NCBI GenBank assembly: GCA_947632455.1
Contig: CANRPK010000006.1
Span: forward strand, 1 to 57,660
Source of the DNA: an uncultured Bacilli bacterium
Lineage (GTDB): Bacteria > Bacillota_I > Bacilli_A > RF39 > UBA660
Direction: 5' to 3'
DNA length: 57,660 nucleotides
Shown: positions 12,613-23,951 of the stretch, piece after piece
Position numbering within the stretch: the stretch's first letter is position 1
Layout: every line of letters begins with the position of its first letter
The notes under the pieces: model-generated
Seen by the model: only the letters and a program-made list of their open reading frames with translations
What the model was told of the DNA's origin: nothing
The model's database searches: none
Program-made: the position numbers and the translations under genes

Positions 12613-14127
12613 TTATATATTTGTTTTTACTACAAATGGATTATTAGATTTACCAGTACCTCCACTAAATTCAATATCAGCATTTAGATTTATTACTGGA
12701 CGCACACCAGAAAGGCTATGCACACCAGCGGTGTGGATGTTACCAGCTGCAAGCACATCGAACACGGCTGCCCAACCTTCGGGATAATTGTGAACTGGAG
12801 ACATTGACCAATAATATTGGTTTGTGTATAACCAATAATTAGTAGAAGTTGTACCTCCAAAGCCTCCTGCCATCACTACTTCATCAACCATAATTAATCC
12901 TACTGGATTTGGAAGTACTCCGTTACCTCTATTTGAGCCGATAGTCGTAAATAAATCCCTTTTTAAAGCTACTGGATCTATTTCATTAAAACTACTAAAG
13001 CCTTCTTCTTCTGAAGGATTTGTTTCTGGCATTTCTACTCCACATTTTAAAGTTGAATATTGAGTTTTCCTCCAAGAATTCTTTGCAAATAACCTTGCTG
13101 ATGGGGCATATCCTGTTCCACTTTGTCCAGTTCCATCTCCGGTGTAATTATTCATAACGTTTTTAACTACGGTTCGATCATTACACCATCCTGTATTTCC
13201 ACTTAAATATTTAGTATAATTGGTCATTGCCCCTATTCCAGTATACCAACTATCAACAGCTTTGGCTATATCACTAGGAGTGGAATTTGAATGAGTTTCT
13301 TCATATGTTGGATCTTCTTCACCTTTATCTGCTTTGGATGTTCCATAATAATATCCTACATAGGTGTTATCATCATTTGGTACAGACTTATAAGCAATGC
13401 CATCTACAGCGTTTGTGGTTGTTCCTGTTGTTTCTGTACAATTTGGTGTTGCACATTGGAATATCATTCTTAATGTGCCATCTCCATTTATCCTGATTAT
13501 CCTCCATGTATGATTGGCAAATGTTACCCAATTATTTACATCATTATTATTTCCTCTAAATACATAACTTGTTCCATAATTATCTTCGGTTGTATATATC
13601 TTCTCTTTTCCTTCGGGATTTTCTGTACTCTCATCATATGGTCCTGAGAATGAGTTAGGCATAGCTGTTTTTTCATATGTACTTTGTTTTATTGTTTCTA
13701 ATTTTGCTAACATATCTTCGGCTTTATAATCTAAGTCAAAATATATATAACATTTCGTTCCTCTTTTTTTAATATTTCCTACATATATTGCTCCTTCTCT
13801 ATATTCAATTTGAGCATCTTCTACTTTTTGATTACTAACTTCACAATAACTTTTATTACTTAATGTATATTTTTCAGTTGGTACATCATCTATTTGTTTA
13901 TAGCCATTTGTGCTATAACTACTTTCTTGGTACATCGCTATTATATTTAAATCTGCTTTATTATAACTTATATTCCCACTTGCTAGTTCTATACTTTCTG
14001 TATTCCTATATTTTGCTAGGCTTGTTATGTAATTTATTACTATTACTAATATTATTGCTAATATAAATCCTACTACAAATATTGTTTTATTTCTTTTACT
14101 ATCTGTATCTAACCTTTCTATTTTCAT
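12613..14127 (-). CDS. Secreted hypervariable protein, paralog 2 (putative DGR target)
   Basis: Same architecture as paralog 1; YWSMSP-[variable]-GVRPVINL. Confidence 0.75.
   Translation of the reverse strand: MKIERLDTDSKRNKTIFVVGFILAIILVIVINYITSLAKYRNTESIELASGNISYNKADLNIIAMYQESSYSTNGYKQIDDVPTEKYTLSNKSYCEVSNQKVEDAQIEYREGAIYVGNIKKRGTKCYIYFDLDYKAEDMLAKLETIKQSTYEKTAMPNSFSGPYDESTENPEGKEKIYTTEDNYGTSYVFRGNNNDVNNWVTFANHTWRIIRINGDGTLRMIFQCATPNCTETTGTTTNAVDGIAYKSVPNDDNTYVGYYYGTSKADKGEEDPTYEETHSNSTPSDIAKAVDSWYTGIGAMTNYTKYLSGNTGWCNDRTVVKNVMNNYTGDGTGQSGTGYAPSARLFAKNSWRKTQYSTLKCGVEMPETNPSEEEGFSSFNEIDPVALKRDLFTTIGSNRGNGVLPNPVGLIMVDEVVMAGGFGGTTSTNYWLYTNQYYWSMSPVHNYPEGWAAVFDVLAAGNIHTAGVHSLSGVRPVINLNADIEFSGGTGKSNNPFVVKTNI
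12699..12799 (-). repeat. Variable region VR2
   Basis: Aligns with VR1/3/4; shares a 24-nt exact match with the orphan copy at 31709-31812. Confidence 0.7.
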
Positions 14128-14174
14128 TCTTTTCCCTCTCTCAATATTATTAGAAATTCCTAACTTATATTTAA

Positions 14175-14203
14175 ATTATATACTTTGCTATACTCAAAGT
14201 CAA
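14175..14203 (-). promoter_or_regulatory. sigmaA promoter of paralog 2
   Basis: TTGACT-17-TATAAT on the minus strand. Confidence 0.7.
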
Positions 14204-14276
14204 GAAAAAGTTTCTATTATTCAGACTTAATAAAAAGAAAGATAGAAGTAATTTATAATTTAAACGGTGATTAAAA

Positions 14277-14759
14277 GTGGATTTAAGCAATACCTTAAAA
14301 AAGTTTTTTGAAGAAATAAAAGTAGTTCAAAACATAACCGCAACAAGCATTGCCAATTCTTTAAACATTTCCAAAAAAACCTTATCTAATTACATAAATG
14401 GAGATGCTTACATCCCACTTGAACATCTAAATACCATTAGTAACATTTTAAATATCTCTGTTGATTATATATTAGAATTATCTGACATAAAGCTACCCAA
14501 AAAAATCAAAAAAATCGATAATCTAAATGCTATCGATATTGGTACAAGACTAAAAAGTATTAGAAAAGAATTAAAACTAACCCAAGAAGAACTAGCTAAA
14601 ACTATTGGTATCAATAAATCTAGTATTAGCAAATATGAAAGTGGTAAAAATCTTATTCTTACCATATCTCTTTATACAATATGTAAAAAATATAATATCT
14701 CTGCCGATTATTTATTAGGTAAAACCGATAAACCTATTTATTTAAAAGAAACCAATTAG
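14277..14759 (+). CDS. Tandem double XRE-HTH transcriptional regulator
   Basis: Two HTH repeats; C-terminal LYTICKKYNISADYLLGK shared with 12079-12531. Confidence 0.85.
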   Translation: MDLSNTLKKFFEEIKVVQNITATSIANSLNISKKTLSNYINGDAYIPLEHLNTISNILNISVDYILELSDIKLPKKIKKIDNLNAIDIGTRLKSIRKELKLTQEELAKTIGINKSSISKYESGKNLILTISLYTICKKYNISADYLLGKTDKPIYLKETN

Positions 14760-14764
14760 CAAAT

Positions 14765-15817
14765 CTAATTGGCTTTTTTATCAAAATAATTAATACCTAT
14801 AGCGTCTCTTACTTCTTTTAAAGTATTTTGGGCAACTTTTCGAGCCTTCTTACTACCCTCTTCTAACATATTATAAACTAAATCTATATGTTCTTTATAG
14901 TAAGCTCTTCTTTCTCTCATTGGTTCTAATAATTCTTCAATTATAGCTAGTAAAAATTTTTTTACTTTAACATCACCTAATCCCCCTCTTTGGTAATGTT
15001 CTTTAAGCTCATCTAAATTTTTATATTCCGGTAAATATTTTTTAAAATGTTCATCAGTCGCAAACGCATCTAAATAAGTAAAAACTGTATTGCCTTCTAT
15101 TTTTCCTGGATCTTCTACTCTAATATGATTAGGATCAGTATACATACTCATTACTTTATTTTTTACTTCTTCTTTTGTATCAGATAAATATATACAATTA
15201 TTTAAAGACTTACTCATTTTAGCTTTACCATCTATTCCTGGTAATCTCGTACAAGCTTTATTATCCGCTAAAACAGCCTCGGGTTCTTTTAATATATTTC
15301 CATATAAATTATTAAAAGTATGAACTATTTCTTTACATTGTTCAATTAAAGGTAATTGATCATCCCCGACCGGTACTAAATCTGCTTTAAATGCTGTAAT
15401 ATCCGCAGCTTGACTAATTGGATATGTCAAAAAACCTACTGGCACAGCTTCTTTAAATCCTCTTTCATTTATTTCTGTTTTAATAGTCGGATTTCTTTTT
15501 AATCTTGCTAAAGTAACTAAATTCATATAATGAATAGTAAGCTCTGTTAACTCAGGTATTTGTGATTGCACAAAAAATGTTATTTTATTAGGATCTAAAC
15601 CCACGGCTAAATAATCTAATGCTACTTCTAATAAACTATTTCTTATTTTTTCAGGATTTCTCGCATTATCAGTTAAAGCTTGTAAATCAGCAATAAATAC
15701 ATACATATCATAATTACCTGTATTTTGAAACATAACTCTACTTTTAAGACTACCAACATAATGTCCTAAATGTAATTTTCCTGTTGGTCTATCTCCTGTT
15801 AATATTACTTTTTTCAT
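14765..15817 (-). CDS. trpS: Tryptophanyl-tRNA synthetase
   Basis: [13 protein letters not shown] (HIGH motif), VPVGDDQ, KMSKS. Confidence 0.96.
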   Translation of the reverse strand: MKKVILTGDRPTGKLHLGHYVGSLKSRVMFQNTGNYDMYVFIADLQALTDNARNPEKIRNSLLEVALDYLAVGLDPNKITFFVQSQIPELTELTIHYMNLVTLARLKRNPTIKTEINERGFKEAVPVGFLTYPISQAADITAFKADLVPVGDDQLPLIEQCKEIVHTFNNLYGNILKEPEAVLADNKACTRLPGIDGKAKMSKSLNNCIYLSDTKEEVKNKVMSMYTDPNHIRVEDPGKIEGNTVFTYLDAFATDEHFKKYLPEYKNLDELKEHYQRGGLGDVKVKKFLLAIIEELLEPMRERRAYYKEHIDLVYNMLEEGSKKARKVAQNTLKEVRDAIGINYFDKKAN

Positions 15818-15952
15818 TATATACCACCACCCAAATTATACCATGTCCACTCCAATAAGTAAATTATAAGCCTTAGTAAAAATAAAAATACCTAATGTCA
15901 AATAATTAAATTTCCAATACTATTTTTCAAAAATTTGCTATAATTATAATAG

Positions 15953-17074
15953 GTGGTATATATGGATGATAATAAAGGATTAAAAATAGTCTTAATAGTT
16001 TTAATAGTTTTAACTATTATTGTTTTTGCAGCCATAACATACTTATATGTATTTGATGATAAAGATAATTCTAGTAAATCCAATTATTCTAAGAAAGCTC
16101 AAGAAGTAATGAAAGAATATAATATTTATAATACTATAAATGATAAAGAATATTCTAAAACTTTAGAAGCCATATTAGAAGAAGATTTATATAATAATGC
16201 ATATTTAAATGAATATTATAATATTGATTATAGTTCTATTCCAGATTTTCCTAATATTATAACTAATTTATTAAATAAAGAATATAATAGTAATGAAATA
16301 AACTATATAATTAAGAATTATTCTAAAGATTTAAACATATTATTAGATATGGAACATATAGATATTTTACAATTTAAAGATATAACTAATTTTGATATAA
16401 ATAAATTAGAAAGATATTTACAATATCAAGATAATAATACTGATTATACTTTAGAACAATTAGTAACCTACGTAAATATTGGTCTAGATTTAAAAGGCTA
16501 TTCTAAATATGTAGAATATACCTCTGAAGAAGCTAAAGATTATAGTATATTAGTTAATAAGTATCATAAGTTACCGGATGATTATGAACCTGATGATTTA
16601 GTTTCATTAAGTTACAATTCTACTTATAAGCTAAGAAAAGAAGCAGCTCAAGCTTTTGAAAAGCTTACGGCCGCGGCTGTTTTAGAAAATGTTTATTTCT
16701 ATCCATTTAGCCCTTATCGTTCTTATGAAACCCAGAAAGTTCTTTACAATAGATATGTAGCTCGTGATGGTACTGAAAAAGCTGATACCTATTCTGCTCG
16801 TCCTGGTTTTTCTGAACATCAATTAGGACTTGCCGTAGATGTTCGAAGTTCTACTTTAACCGATAATTTAACTCCTGAACATTATGAATGGATGCTTAAT
16901 AATTCTTATAAATATGGCTTTATAGTTCGTTATCCAAAAGGTAAACAATATATTACCCAATTTATGGAAGAACCATGGCATATTAGATACTTAGGAGTTG
17001 ATCTAGCTACTAAAGTTCATAATTCCGGACTTACCTACGATGAATATTATGATTTATATTTAGAAACTCGTTAA
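15953..17074 (+). CDS. Membrane-anchored M15B D,D-carboxypeptidase (VanY/LdcB-like)
   Basis: N-terminal TM; SPYRSY..Q, SARPGFSEHQLGLAVD, EEPWHIRY. Confidence 0.88.
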   Translation: MVYMDDNKGLKIVLIVLIVLTIIVFAAITYLYVFDDKDNSSKSNYSKKAQEVMKEYNIYNTINDKEYSKTLEAILEEDLYNNAYLNEYYNIDYSSIPDFPNIITNLLNKEYNSNEINYIIKNYSKDLNILLDMEHIDILQFKDITNFDINKLERYLQYQDNNTDYTLEQLVTYVNIGLDLKGYSKYVEYTSEEAKDYSILVNKYHKLPDDYEPDDLVSLSYNSTYKLRKEAAQAFEKLTAAAVLENVYFYPFSPYRSYETQKVLYNRYVARDGTEKADTYSARPGFSEHQLGLAVDVRSSTLTDNLTPEHYEWMLNNSYKYGFIVRYPKGKQYITQFMEEPWHIRYLGVDLATKVHNSGLTYDEYYDLYLETR

Positions 17075-17112
17075 GAGTTTTTTTTATAAAAAAAACTACC
17101 TATTGGTAGTAA

Positions 17113-17370
17113 TTATCTAATTAAATCAGTTGGTAAACTATTTTCTTTGTTTTCTTCTTCTGTCTTAATTTTAGCTGTATCTAAGCTCATTAATTCCATA
17201 GCTCTATTATAAAGTGCTATCGCTTGTGGTTTTTTCTCTGGAGCTTGCATTACCATAAAATTAGCCGCAGATAATAAATTTTGAGCAAAAGTTAAATCTT
17301 GCATACTATCTAACTTATTACTAATTTTACTTAACTGATTAAATAATATATCTAAATTTTCCTCATTCAT
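17113..17370 (-). CDS. Hypothetical protein
   Basis: 85-aa ORF with AGGAGG RBS. Confidence 0.6.
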   Translation of the reverse strand: MNEENLDILFNQLSKISNKLDSMQDLTFAQNLLSAANFMVMQAPEKKPQAIALYNRAMELMSLDTAKIKTEEENKENSLPTDLIR

Positions 17371-17452
17371 TCTATATACCTCCTATAATAATTATAAATT
17401 ATTCATATAAAAAAAGTCTAGTAAAAAACCTTTACTAGACAATTATTTTATA

Positions 17453-17794
17453 TTAAACTAATTCAAGTTTAACAGCTAAAGCATCATCACCAACACGTTC
17501 TTTTAGTTTAATAATTCTAGTATAACCACCATTACGTGTTTCATAACGTTTAGCAAGTTCATTAAATACTTTATTTACTACATCAGCATCATTATATAAA
17601 AATGCTAATGCTTTTCTTCTTGCTACTAAAGTACCTTTCTTTCCATAAGTAATCATTTTATCAACAAATTTTCTTACTTCCTTAGCTCTTGCTTCAGTTG
17701 TAACTACAGATTCATTCATAATTACATCACGAGTAATATTAGCAAGGACGCTTCTTCTTTGTCTTGATTCTCTACTTAATTTTCTATATAACAT
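17453..17794 (-). CDS. rplQ: 50S ribosomal protein L17
   Basis: TTEARAKE, GGYTRIIK; follows rpoA. Confidence 0.97.
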   Translation of the reverse strand: MLYRKLSRESRQRRSVLANITRDVIMNESVVTTEARAKEVRKFVDKMITYGKKGTLVARRKALAFLYNDADVVNKVFNELAKRYETRNGGYTRIIKLKERVGDDALAVKLELV

Positions 17795-17806
17795 AATTTA
17801 GCCTCC

Positions 17807-18751
17807 TTAATCGCGGAACTTAAGTCCCATTTCTGCTACTTTATCTAAAACTTCTTTAAGGGATTTCTTACCTAAATTCCGTATTTTAGTAACTTCCACT
17901 TCTCTTTTTGAAATAAGATCTTGAACTGTATGAATACCAGCTCTCTTTAAGCAGTTATAAGCTCTAACTGAGAACTCAATCTCTTCAATAGGAGTTTCTA
18001 AAGTCTTAGTTATAGTATCAACCTTCTTTTCTTGCATTAAACCAGTAACATCACTTATTGCATTTAAATCAGCAATAATATTAAAATGCTCTATTAAAAT
18101 TCTTGCTGCTAAAGCCATAGCTTCTTCTGGAGTCATACTACCATCAGTATTTATTTCCATTGTTAACTTATCATAATTTTCATTTTGACCTACACGTGTA
18201 GATTCAACTTCATATTTAACAAGTTCAATCGGAGAATAATTAGAATCAATAGCAATTACTCCTACTTTATTTTCTGCAAATAATTTTTTATTTTCTTTAG
18301 CATCAACATAGCCTTTACCATTAAATACGGTAACTTCCATATCAATCTTACCGCCAGCTACTAAGTTACAAATAACTAAATCTGGATTAATAACATCTAC
18401 ATCGGCATTTGCTTCAAAATCTCCAGCTGTAACTGGTCCTTCAGTATCTTTAAATAATCTTAAAGTTTTAACTTCTTCTGTATGATTTTTAACAACCATG
18501 TTTTTTAAAGCTAAAACAATACTTGTTACATCTTCAACTACTCCATCAATTTTTTGGAATTCATGTAAAACACCTTCAATTTTTACAGAAGTAATTGCAC
18601 TTCCTGGTAAACTTGATAACATAACTCTTCTTAGTGCATTTCCAATAGTTGTTCCAAATCCTCTTTCAAGGGGTTCTAATTCAAATTTTCCATAATGATT
18701 GCTTTCTTGATACTCAGCAATCCTATATTCTGGTTTTTCAAAACTAATCAT
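17807..18751 (-). CDS. rpoA: RNA polymerase alpha subunit
   Basis: EPLERGFGTTIGNALRR, SVRAYNCLKRAG. Confidence 0.98.
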   Translation of the reverse strand: MISFEKPEYRIAEYQESNHYGKFELEPLERGFGTTIGNALRRVMLSSLPGSAITSVKIEGVLHEFQKIDGVVEDVTSIVLALKNMVVKNHTEEVKTLRLFKDTEGPVTAGDFEANADVDVINPDLVICNLVAGGKIDMEVTVFNGKGYVDAKENKKLFAENKVGVIAIDSNYSPIELVKYEVESTRVGQNENYDKLTMEINTDGSMTPEEAMALAARILIEHFNIIADLNAISDVTGLMQEKKVDTITKTLETPIEEIEFSVRAYNCLKRAGIHTVQDLISKREVEVTKIRNLGKKSLKEVLDKVAEMGLKFRD

Positions 18752-18778
18752 ATTCTAATAACCCTTTCTTTTTCACAA

Positions 18779-19162
18779 TTATTTTCTAGGACGTTTTGGT
18801 GGACGACAACCATTATGTGGTACTGGTGTCTCATCAGTAATTGATAAGATTTCAAGTCCGGCACTTTGTAAAGATCTGATTGCAGTTTCACGACCAGCAC
18901 CTAAACCTTTAACAACAACATCAACTTTTTTAACACCTTGATCCATAGCAGCTTTACCAGCAGCTTCAGCACTCATACCTGCTGCAAATGGAGTTTTCTT
19001 TTTACTTCCTTTATATCCAATAGTACCACTTGATGCCCAAGCAATAACACTACCATCTTTTTCTGTAATAGTAACAATCGTATTATTGTAAGTAGAATTA
19101 ATATGAGCAACAGCTTCAGGAATATTCTTCTTTACTTTTCTTTTTCTTCTATTATATGCCAT
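18779..19162 (-). CDS. rpsK: 30S ribosomal protein S11
   Basis: [12 protein letters not shown]. Confidence 0.97.
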   Translation of the reverse strand: MAYNRRKRKVKKNIPEAVAHINSTYNNTIVTITEKDGSVIAWASSGTIGYKGSKKKTPFAAGMSAEAAGKAAMDQGVKKVDVVVKGLGAGRETAIRSLQSAGLEILSITDETPVPHNGCRPPKRPRK

Positions 19163-19173
19163 AAATTAACCTC

Positions 19174-19548
19174 CTACTTTCCTACTTTTTTCTTGTTAGC
19201 TACAACTTTTCCTCTACCCTTACGAGTATGAGCGTTGCGGTTAGTTCTTTGTCCCCTTACTGGAAGACCTTTTTTATGTCTAACTCCTTGATAGCAACCA
19301 ATTTCCATTTTATTTTTAATATTCATTTGCACTACTCTACGTAAATCACCTTCAACGACATGATTATCTACTTCTTTTCTTAAACGTGCAATTTCATCTT
19401 CAGTTAAATCTTTAACTTTAGTTGCGGGATTAACTCCGGCAGCTTCACAAATTGTTTTTCCTAAATTATTACCAATACCATAAATTGCAGTAAGTCCTAC
19501 AAATACTTGCTTTTCGCTTGGTAATTCAATATTTTTTATACGTGCCAT
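19174..19548 (-). CDS. rpsM: 30S ribosomal protein S13
   Basis: GLPVRGQRT. Confidence 0.97.
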   Translation of the reverse strand: MARIKNIELPSEKQVFVGLTAIYGIGNNLGKTICEAAGVNPATKVKDLTEDEIARLRKEVDNHVVEGDLRRVVQMNIKNKMEIGCYQGVRHKKGLPVRGQRTNRNAHTRKGRGKVVANKKKVGK

Positions 19549-19562
19549 AATTACCTCCTTAA

Positions 19563-19676
19563 TTAGCCTTGAGTTTGTTTGTGTTTAGGATTATCACAAA
19601 TAACCATAACCTTACCTTTTCTTTTAATTATTTTGCACTTTTTACAAATCTTTTTTACTGATGGTCTAACTTTCAT
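19563..19676 (-). CDS. rpmJ: 50S ribosomal protein L36 (37 aa, not in the ORF track)
   Basis: Manual translation [37 protein letters not shown]; GGAGG RBS; lies between infA and rpsM. Confidence 0.95.
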   Translation of the reverse strand: MKVRPSVKKICKKCKIIKRKGKVMVICDNPKHKQTQG

Positions 19677-19689
19677 TATAATACCTCCA

Positions 19690-19944
19690 TTATCTTTTAT
19701 TCCATGTTATACGCCCACGTGTTAAATCATAAGGCGAAAGTTCTATTGTTACCGTATCACCTGGTAGAATACGAATCATATTTACTCGCATTTTACCAGA
19801 AACGTAGGCTTTTACAGTAAATCCATTTGAAAGTTCTACTAAATAATCAGAACCCTTTAAGACTTCGATTACTTTACCTTCAACTTCAATTTTTTCTTCT
19901 TTATTCTGACTAACATTATTTTTATTCTTATTTTTCGTCATCAC
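19690..19944 (-). CDS. infA: Translation initiation factor IF-1
   Basis: [17 protein letters not shown]. Confidence 0.96.
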   Translation of the reverse strand: MMTKNKNKNNVSQNKEEKIEVEGKVIEVLKGSDYLVELSNGFTVKAYVSGKMRVNMIRILPGDTVTIELSPYDLTRGRITWNKR

Positions 19945-20692
19945 AAATTTCTCCCGTTAAAATTTTATAACCATCTTTCGTTACCGCAACCGTATGTTCA
20001 AAATGAGCACTAGGAAGTTCATCATCAGTTGAAATAGTCCAATCATCATCATGCATATAAACATATCTTTCCCCTAAATTAAGCATAGGTTCTATTGCTA
20101 TAACCATTCCTGCTTTAAGGGTAACGCCTGTTCCCTCTTTACCATAATTTGGTACATCAGGATCTTCATGAATATCTGTCCCTACTCCATGTCCTACTAA
20201 TTCTTCAACTACTGATAAACCATGAGCATGAGCAAACTTTTCAATAGCCGCTCCTATATCACCTATTTTAGCACCTTCTTTTACTTTACTCAAGCCTATC
20301 ATTAAAGCTTTTTCAGTATTGTTAACTAAATCTCTAACTTCTGGTGCTACCTTTCCAATAATATAAGTTCTAGCCGCATCACTATGATATCCATGTATTT
20401 CTACACCAATATCTATTGATACAATATCACCATTTTTAATTACTCTTGCTCCCGGAATTCCATGTACAACTTCATCATTAATTGAAACACAAATACTTGC
20501 CGGATAACCTTCATAATTTAGAAAAGATGGTCTAGCATTATGTGCGGAAATAAAATCATAAGCAATTTTATCAAGTTCTTTAGTTGTAATTCCAGCTTTT
20601 AAATTCTTTTTAACTTCTTCATGAGTTAAATAATTTAATTTACCAGCTTCTCTCATCAATTCTATTTCTCTCTCACTTTTAATACTAATCAT
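19928..20692 (-). CDS. map: Methionine aminopeptidase type I
   Basis: [27 protein letters not shown]. Confidence 0.96.
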   Translation of the reverse strand: MISIKSEREIELMREAGKLNYLTHEEVKKNLKAGITTKELDKIAYDFISAHNARPSFLNYEGYPASICVSINDEVVHGIPGARVIKNGDIVSIDIGVEIHGYHSDAARTYIIGKVAPEVRDLVNNTEKALMIGLSKVKEGAKIGDIGAAIEKFAHAHGLSVVEELVGHGVGTDIHEDPDVPNYGKEGTGVTLKAGMVIAIEPMLNLGERYVYMHDDDWTISTDDELPSAHFEHTVAVTKDGYKILTGEICDDEK

Positions 20693-21347
20693 TTTTCGCC
20701 TCTTTTATTTTAGATAATATTTCTTTTAATAATATATCTAAATCATCACTAACATTAATTTTACTAAGTAATCCTTTATTTTCATAATAATCAATAATTG
20801 CCTTAGTATTTTCTAAATATGTATTAAACCTAACTCTAAACGTTTCTTCATTATCATCACTTCTTTTTTCTAAAAGAATATGACAATCATCACAAACATT
20901 ATCTTCTTTAGGTCTTAAGTTTATATTATTTAGATTATAAGTTCTTTTACATTTAGGACAAGTTACCCTTCCTAAAACTCTTTTTAAAGCTTGATTTTCT
21001 TCTATATCTAAATATATAACTATATTGTTAGTAACATTATAATTTATCAACATTTCATCAAGACTTTTAGCTTGAGAAAGTGTCCGTGGAAAACCATCTA
21101 AAATAAATGGTTTCCCAACAATACTTCTTAATCTTTCATTAACTAATCTTGTAATAAGCTCATCACTAACTAAAGAACCTTTAGTTATTAAATCATTTAT
21201 TTGATTTCCTAGCTCACTACCACTTTTAATTTCATCTCTTAACAAATCTCCAGTACTTAAATGTTCATATCCAAAATGTTTTACGAGATATTCACTTACT
21301 GTACCCTTACCCGCTGCGGGAGGAGCTATAAAGATGATATTCTTCAT
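20685..21347 (-). CDS. adk: Adenylate kinase
   Basis: APPAAGKGT, STGDLLR, LDGFPR, zinc lid. Confidence 0.96.
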   Translation of the reverse strand: MKNIIFIAPPAAGKGTVSEYLVKHFGYEHLSTGDLLRDEIKSGSELGNQINDLITKGSLVSDELITRLVNERLRSIVGKPFILDGFPRTLSQAKSLDEMLINYNVTNNIVIYLDIEENQALKRVLGRVTCPKCKRTYNLNNINLRPKEDNVCDDCHILLEKRSDDNEETFRVRFNTYLENTKAIIDYYENKGLLSKINVSDDLDILLKEILSKIKEAKND

Positions 21348-22609
21348 TATCTAAACCTCTTTTTACGTTCAGAATAACTTCTAGCTGTTAAGCTACTTTC
21401 AATTTGTTTGTAAGTTTCTATTGCTACTCCAACTACGATTAATATACCAGTACCACCAATAGTTACACTATTAGGTAACTTCGTAAATGATGATATAACA
21501 ACCGGTAAAGCCGCTAATATAACTAAGAATACTGAACCAACCGTTGTAAGTCTAGATAAAGATTTACTAATATATTTACTAGTCTCTTCGCCTGGTCTAA
21601 CGCCTGGTATATATCCTCCATTTTTATTCAAGTTTTTACTCATCTCATCAGGATTCATACTTAAGAATGTATAAAAATATCCAAATACAAATATTAATAT
21701 AATATATAATAATAATCCTGTTGGAGAAGTATAAACTATATAATTATTAACAAAATTTATTGCACTTTCATTTCCAATTACACTAACAATAGTCGCAGGA
21801 ATAGTTGTAAGTACTTGAGCAAATATTACTGGAATTACTCCGGCACTATTAATTTTAATTGGTAAGAATGATTGTTGAGCACCATACGCACTTGTCGTTC
21901 TATTAGAATATTGAATTGGTATTCTTCTTTCTGCTAACTGAATCCATATAATACCTACAATAATTAAGATATATACCAGAATAAATAAAGCAAATAAAGT
22001 AATACCAAGACCAGTTTCCATTGCTCCGCCTAAAAAGGCATTGTAAGCACCTGTAAATATTGATGGCATACTCATTATAATACCAGCCATAATAAGTAAT
22101 GATTGACCATTTCCAATTCCTTTACGTGTCATTTCATCACCCATCCAAAGTAGGAAGGCTGTACCTGCCGTCATAACTAAACTGATCTTTAAGACAACCA
22201 TAACATCTGACTCATGAAGAGTAAATACGCTTATGGCATACGCTTGGATAAAGGCAATTATTATACCTAAATATCTAGTAATTTTGTTAATTTTTTGTCT
22301 ACCAACATAACCTTGTTCTTTTAAATCTTTAAAATACGGAATAATATCCATTTGTAATAATTGAGTAATGATACTAGCTGTAATATATGGACTAACACCT
22401 AATCCAAATATTGAGAAATTTCTTAAAGCTCCACCACTCATTAAATTGAAGATTTCTAAGAAACCAAGTTCACTGGTAATATATTTTGCCCATGGAATAG
22501 TAACACCTGTTCCAACTGCAAAGAAACCTAAACAAAATAATGTAAAGTAAATTCTTTTTCTTAAGTCTTTATTTGACTTACTAAATATTTTGGCAATTCC
22601 TTTAAACAT
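21347..22609 (-). CDS. secY: Preprotein translocase SecY
   Basis: GVSPYITASII, GIGNG, IPGVRPG. Confidence 0.97.
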   Translation of the reverse strand: MFKGIAKIFSKSNKDLRKRIYFTLFCLGFFAVGTGVTIPWAKYITSELGFLEIFNLMSGGALRNFSIFGLGVSPYITASIITQLLQMDIIPYFKDLKEQGYVGRQKINKITRYLGIIIAFIQAYAISVFTLHESDVMVVLKISLVMTAGTAFLLWMGDEMTRKGIGNGQSLLIMAGIIMSMPSIFTGAYNAFLGGAMETGLGITLFALFILVYILIIVGIIWIQLAERRIPIQYSNRTTSAYGAQQSFLPIKINSAGVIPVIFAQVLTTIPATIVSVIGNESAINFVNNYIVYTSPTGLLLYIILIFVFGYFYTFLSMNPDEMSKNLNKNGGYIPGVRPGEETSKYISKSLSRLTTVGSVFLVILAALPVVISSFTKLPNSVTIGGTGILIVVGVAIETYKQIESSLTARSYSERKKRFR

Positions 22610-23053
22610 CTAAATCACCTCAGCTTTACCGCCAGCTTTTTCAATTTTAGTAACTGCTGAAGATGAAAACATATGAGCTTTAACTGTTAATTTTTTAGTT
22701 AAATCTCCATTAGCAAGTACTTTAATACCATTTAATTGTTTTTTAACAATTCCACGTTCTTTAAGTACTTCTGGAGTAATAACATCACCATCGTTAAAAT
22801 GCTTATCTAAAGTACTTAGATTAATAGTCGCATATTTAACTTCAAAGCGAGCATTATTAAATCCTCTTTTGGGAATTCTTCTATATATTGGAGATTGACC
22901 ACCTTGGAACCAAGGACTGATACTAGCACCACTTCTTGATTTTTGACCATTTTCCCCACGTGTTGAAGTTTTACCCATACCACTTCCTGGGCCACGGCCA
23001 ACTCTTTTACGAGCTTTCATTTCATTTGTTTTTGGTAATGATTCTAACTTCAT
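22610..23053 (-). CDS. rplO: 50S ribosomal protein L15 (start at MKLESLP)
   Basis: RVGRGPGSGMGKTS, RIPKRGF. Confidence 0.95.
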   Translation of the reverse strand: MKLESLPKTNEMKARKRVGRGPGSGMGKTSTRGENGQKSRSGASISPWFQGGQSPIYRRIPKRGFNNARFEVKYATINLSTLDKHFNDGDVITPEVLKERGIVKKQLNGIKVLANGDLTKKLTVKAHMFSSSAVTKIEKAGGKAEVI

Positions 23054-23054
23054 A

Positions 23055-23558
23055 TTATAATTCCTCCACGTTTTTGCCACGTAGTGCGGCAACTTTAGCT
23101 GGACTCTTTTGAGATTTTAAAGCTTCAAGTGTCGCTTTAGCAACATTTATCTTTGTATTAGATCCAAGAGATTTCGAAACAATATCCTTAACTCCTGCAA
23201 GCTCTAATACTGCACGAGCTGCACCACCGGCAATAACTCCTGTACCTTTTTTAGCAGGTTTAATCATAACTACTGCTCTTCCGACTTTTGCAGTTGCATC
23301 ATGAGGAATAGTTCTGTTATCAATAAGAGCCACTTTTGTAACATTCTTATTAGCTGCTTGTAAGGCTTTTTTAATTGCTTCAGGTACTTCGTTAGCTTTA
23401 CCATTTCCAATACCAACTAAACCTTTACGATTTCCAACTACAACTGTTGCTGAAAATCTAAAGTGTCTACCACCTTTAGTAACTTTTGTTACTCTACCAA
23501 TAGATATAACTTTTTCTTCTAATAAATTCTTTTTAGGTTCTATATTTTTCTTTGGCAT
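23055..23558 (-). CDS. rpsE: 30S ribosomal protein S5
   Basis: RVTKVTKGGR, GTGVIAGG; start placed at MPKK after GGAGG. Confidence 0.95.
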   Translation of the reverse strand: MPKKNIEPKKNLLEEKVISIGRVTKVTKGGRHFRFSATVVVGNRKGLVGIGNGKANEVPEAIKKALQAANKNVTKVALIDNRTIPHDATAKVGRAVVMIKPAKKGTGVIAGGAARAVLELAGVKDIVSKSLGSNTKINVAKATLEALKSQKSPAKVAALRGKNVEEL

Positions 23559-23574
23559 AACTTTTCCTCCCACT

Positions 23575-23931
23575 TTAGAATTTTAAACCATTCTCACGTG
23601 CAGCTTCAGCTAAAGCTTCAACACGTCCATGGTATAAATAACCGCCCCTATCAAAAGCAACGGTATCTATTTTCTTTGCTTTGCATTTTTTAGCAATATC
23701 GGCACCTACTGCTTGAGCAGCTTCAATATTACCACCATTTTTAATTTTTAGTTCAACAGTTGATGAGCTAACTAAAGTTTTTCCAGTCTCATCATCAATT
23801 ACTTGAACATAAATGCCTTTATTTGAACGGAACACATTTAGTCTTGGAATATCTTTAGTACCACTAATTTTTTCTCTAACCCGAATATGACGTCTCTTAC
23901 GCGCTACCGTTTTAGCTTCTTTTTTAATCAT
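23575..23931 (-). CDS. rplR: 50S ribosomal protein L18
   Basis: [12 protein letters not shown]. Confidence 0.97.
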   Translation of the reverse strand: MIKKEAKTVARKRRHIRVREKISGTKDIPRLNVFRSNKGIYVQVIDDETGKTLVSSSTVELKIKNGGNIEAAQAVGADIAKKCKAKKIDTVAFDRGGYLYHGRVEALAEAARENGLKF

Positions 23932-23951
23932 TTTATTCGACCTTCCTAACC

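Noticed and set aside
10133-14665. Short antisense/overlapping ORFs in the track (e.g. 10812-11015, 11733-11957, 13287-13496, 13863-14066) that recur in the paralogs
   Set aside because: They are shadows of the real genes; they recur only because the host genes are paralogous.
18751-18779. Absence of rpsD between rpsK and rpoA
   Set aside because: Normal for Bacilli, where rpsD is unlinked.
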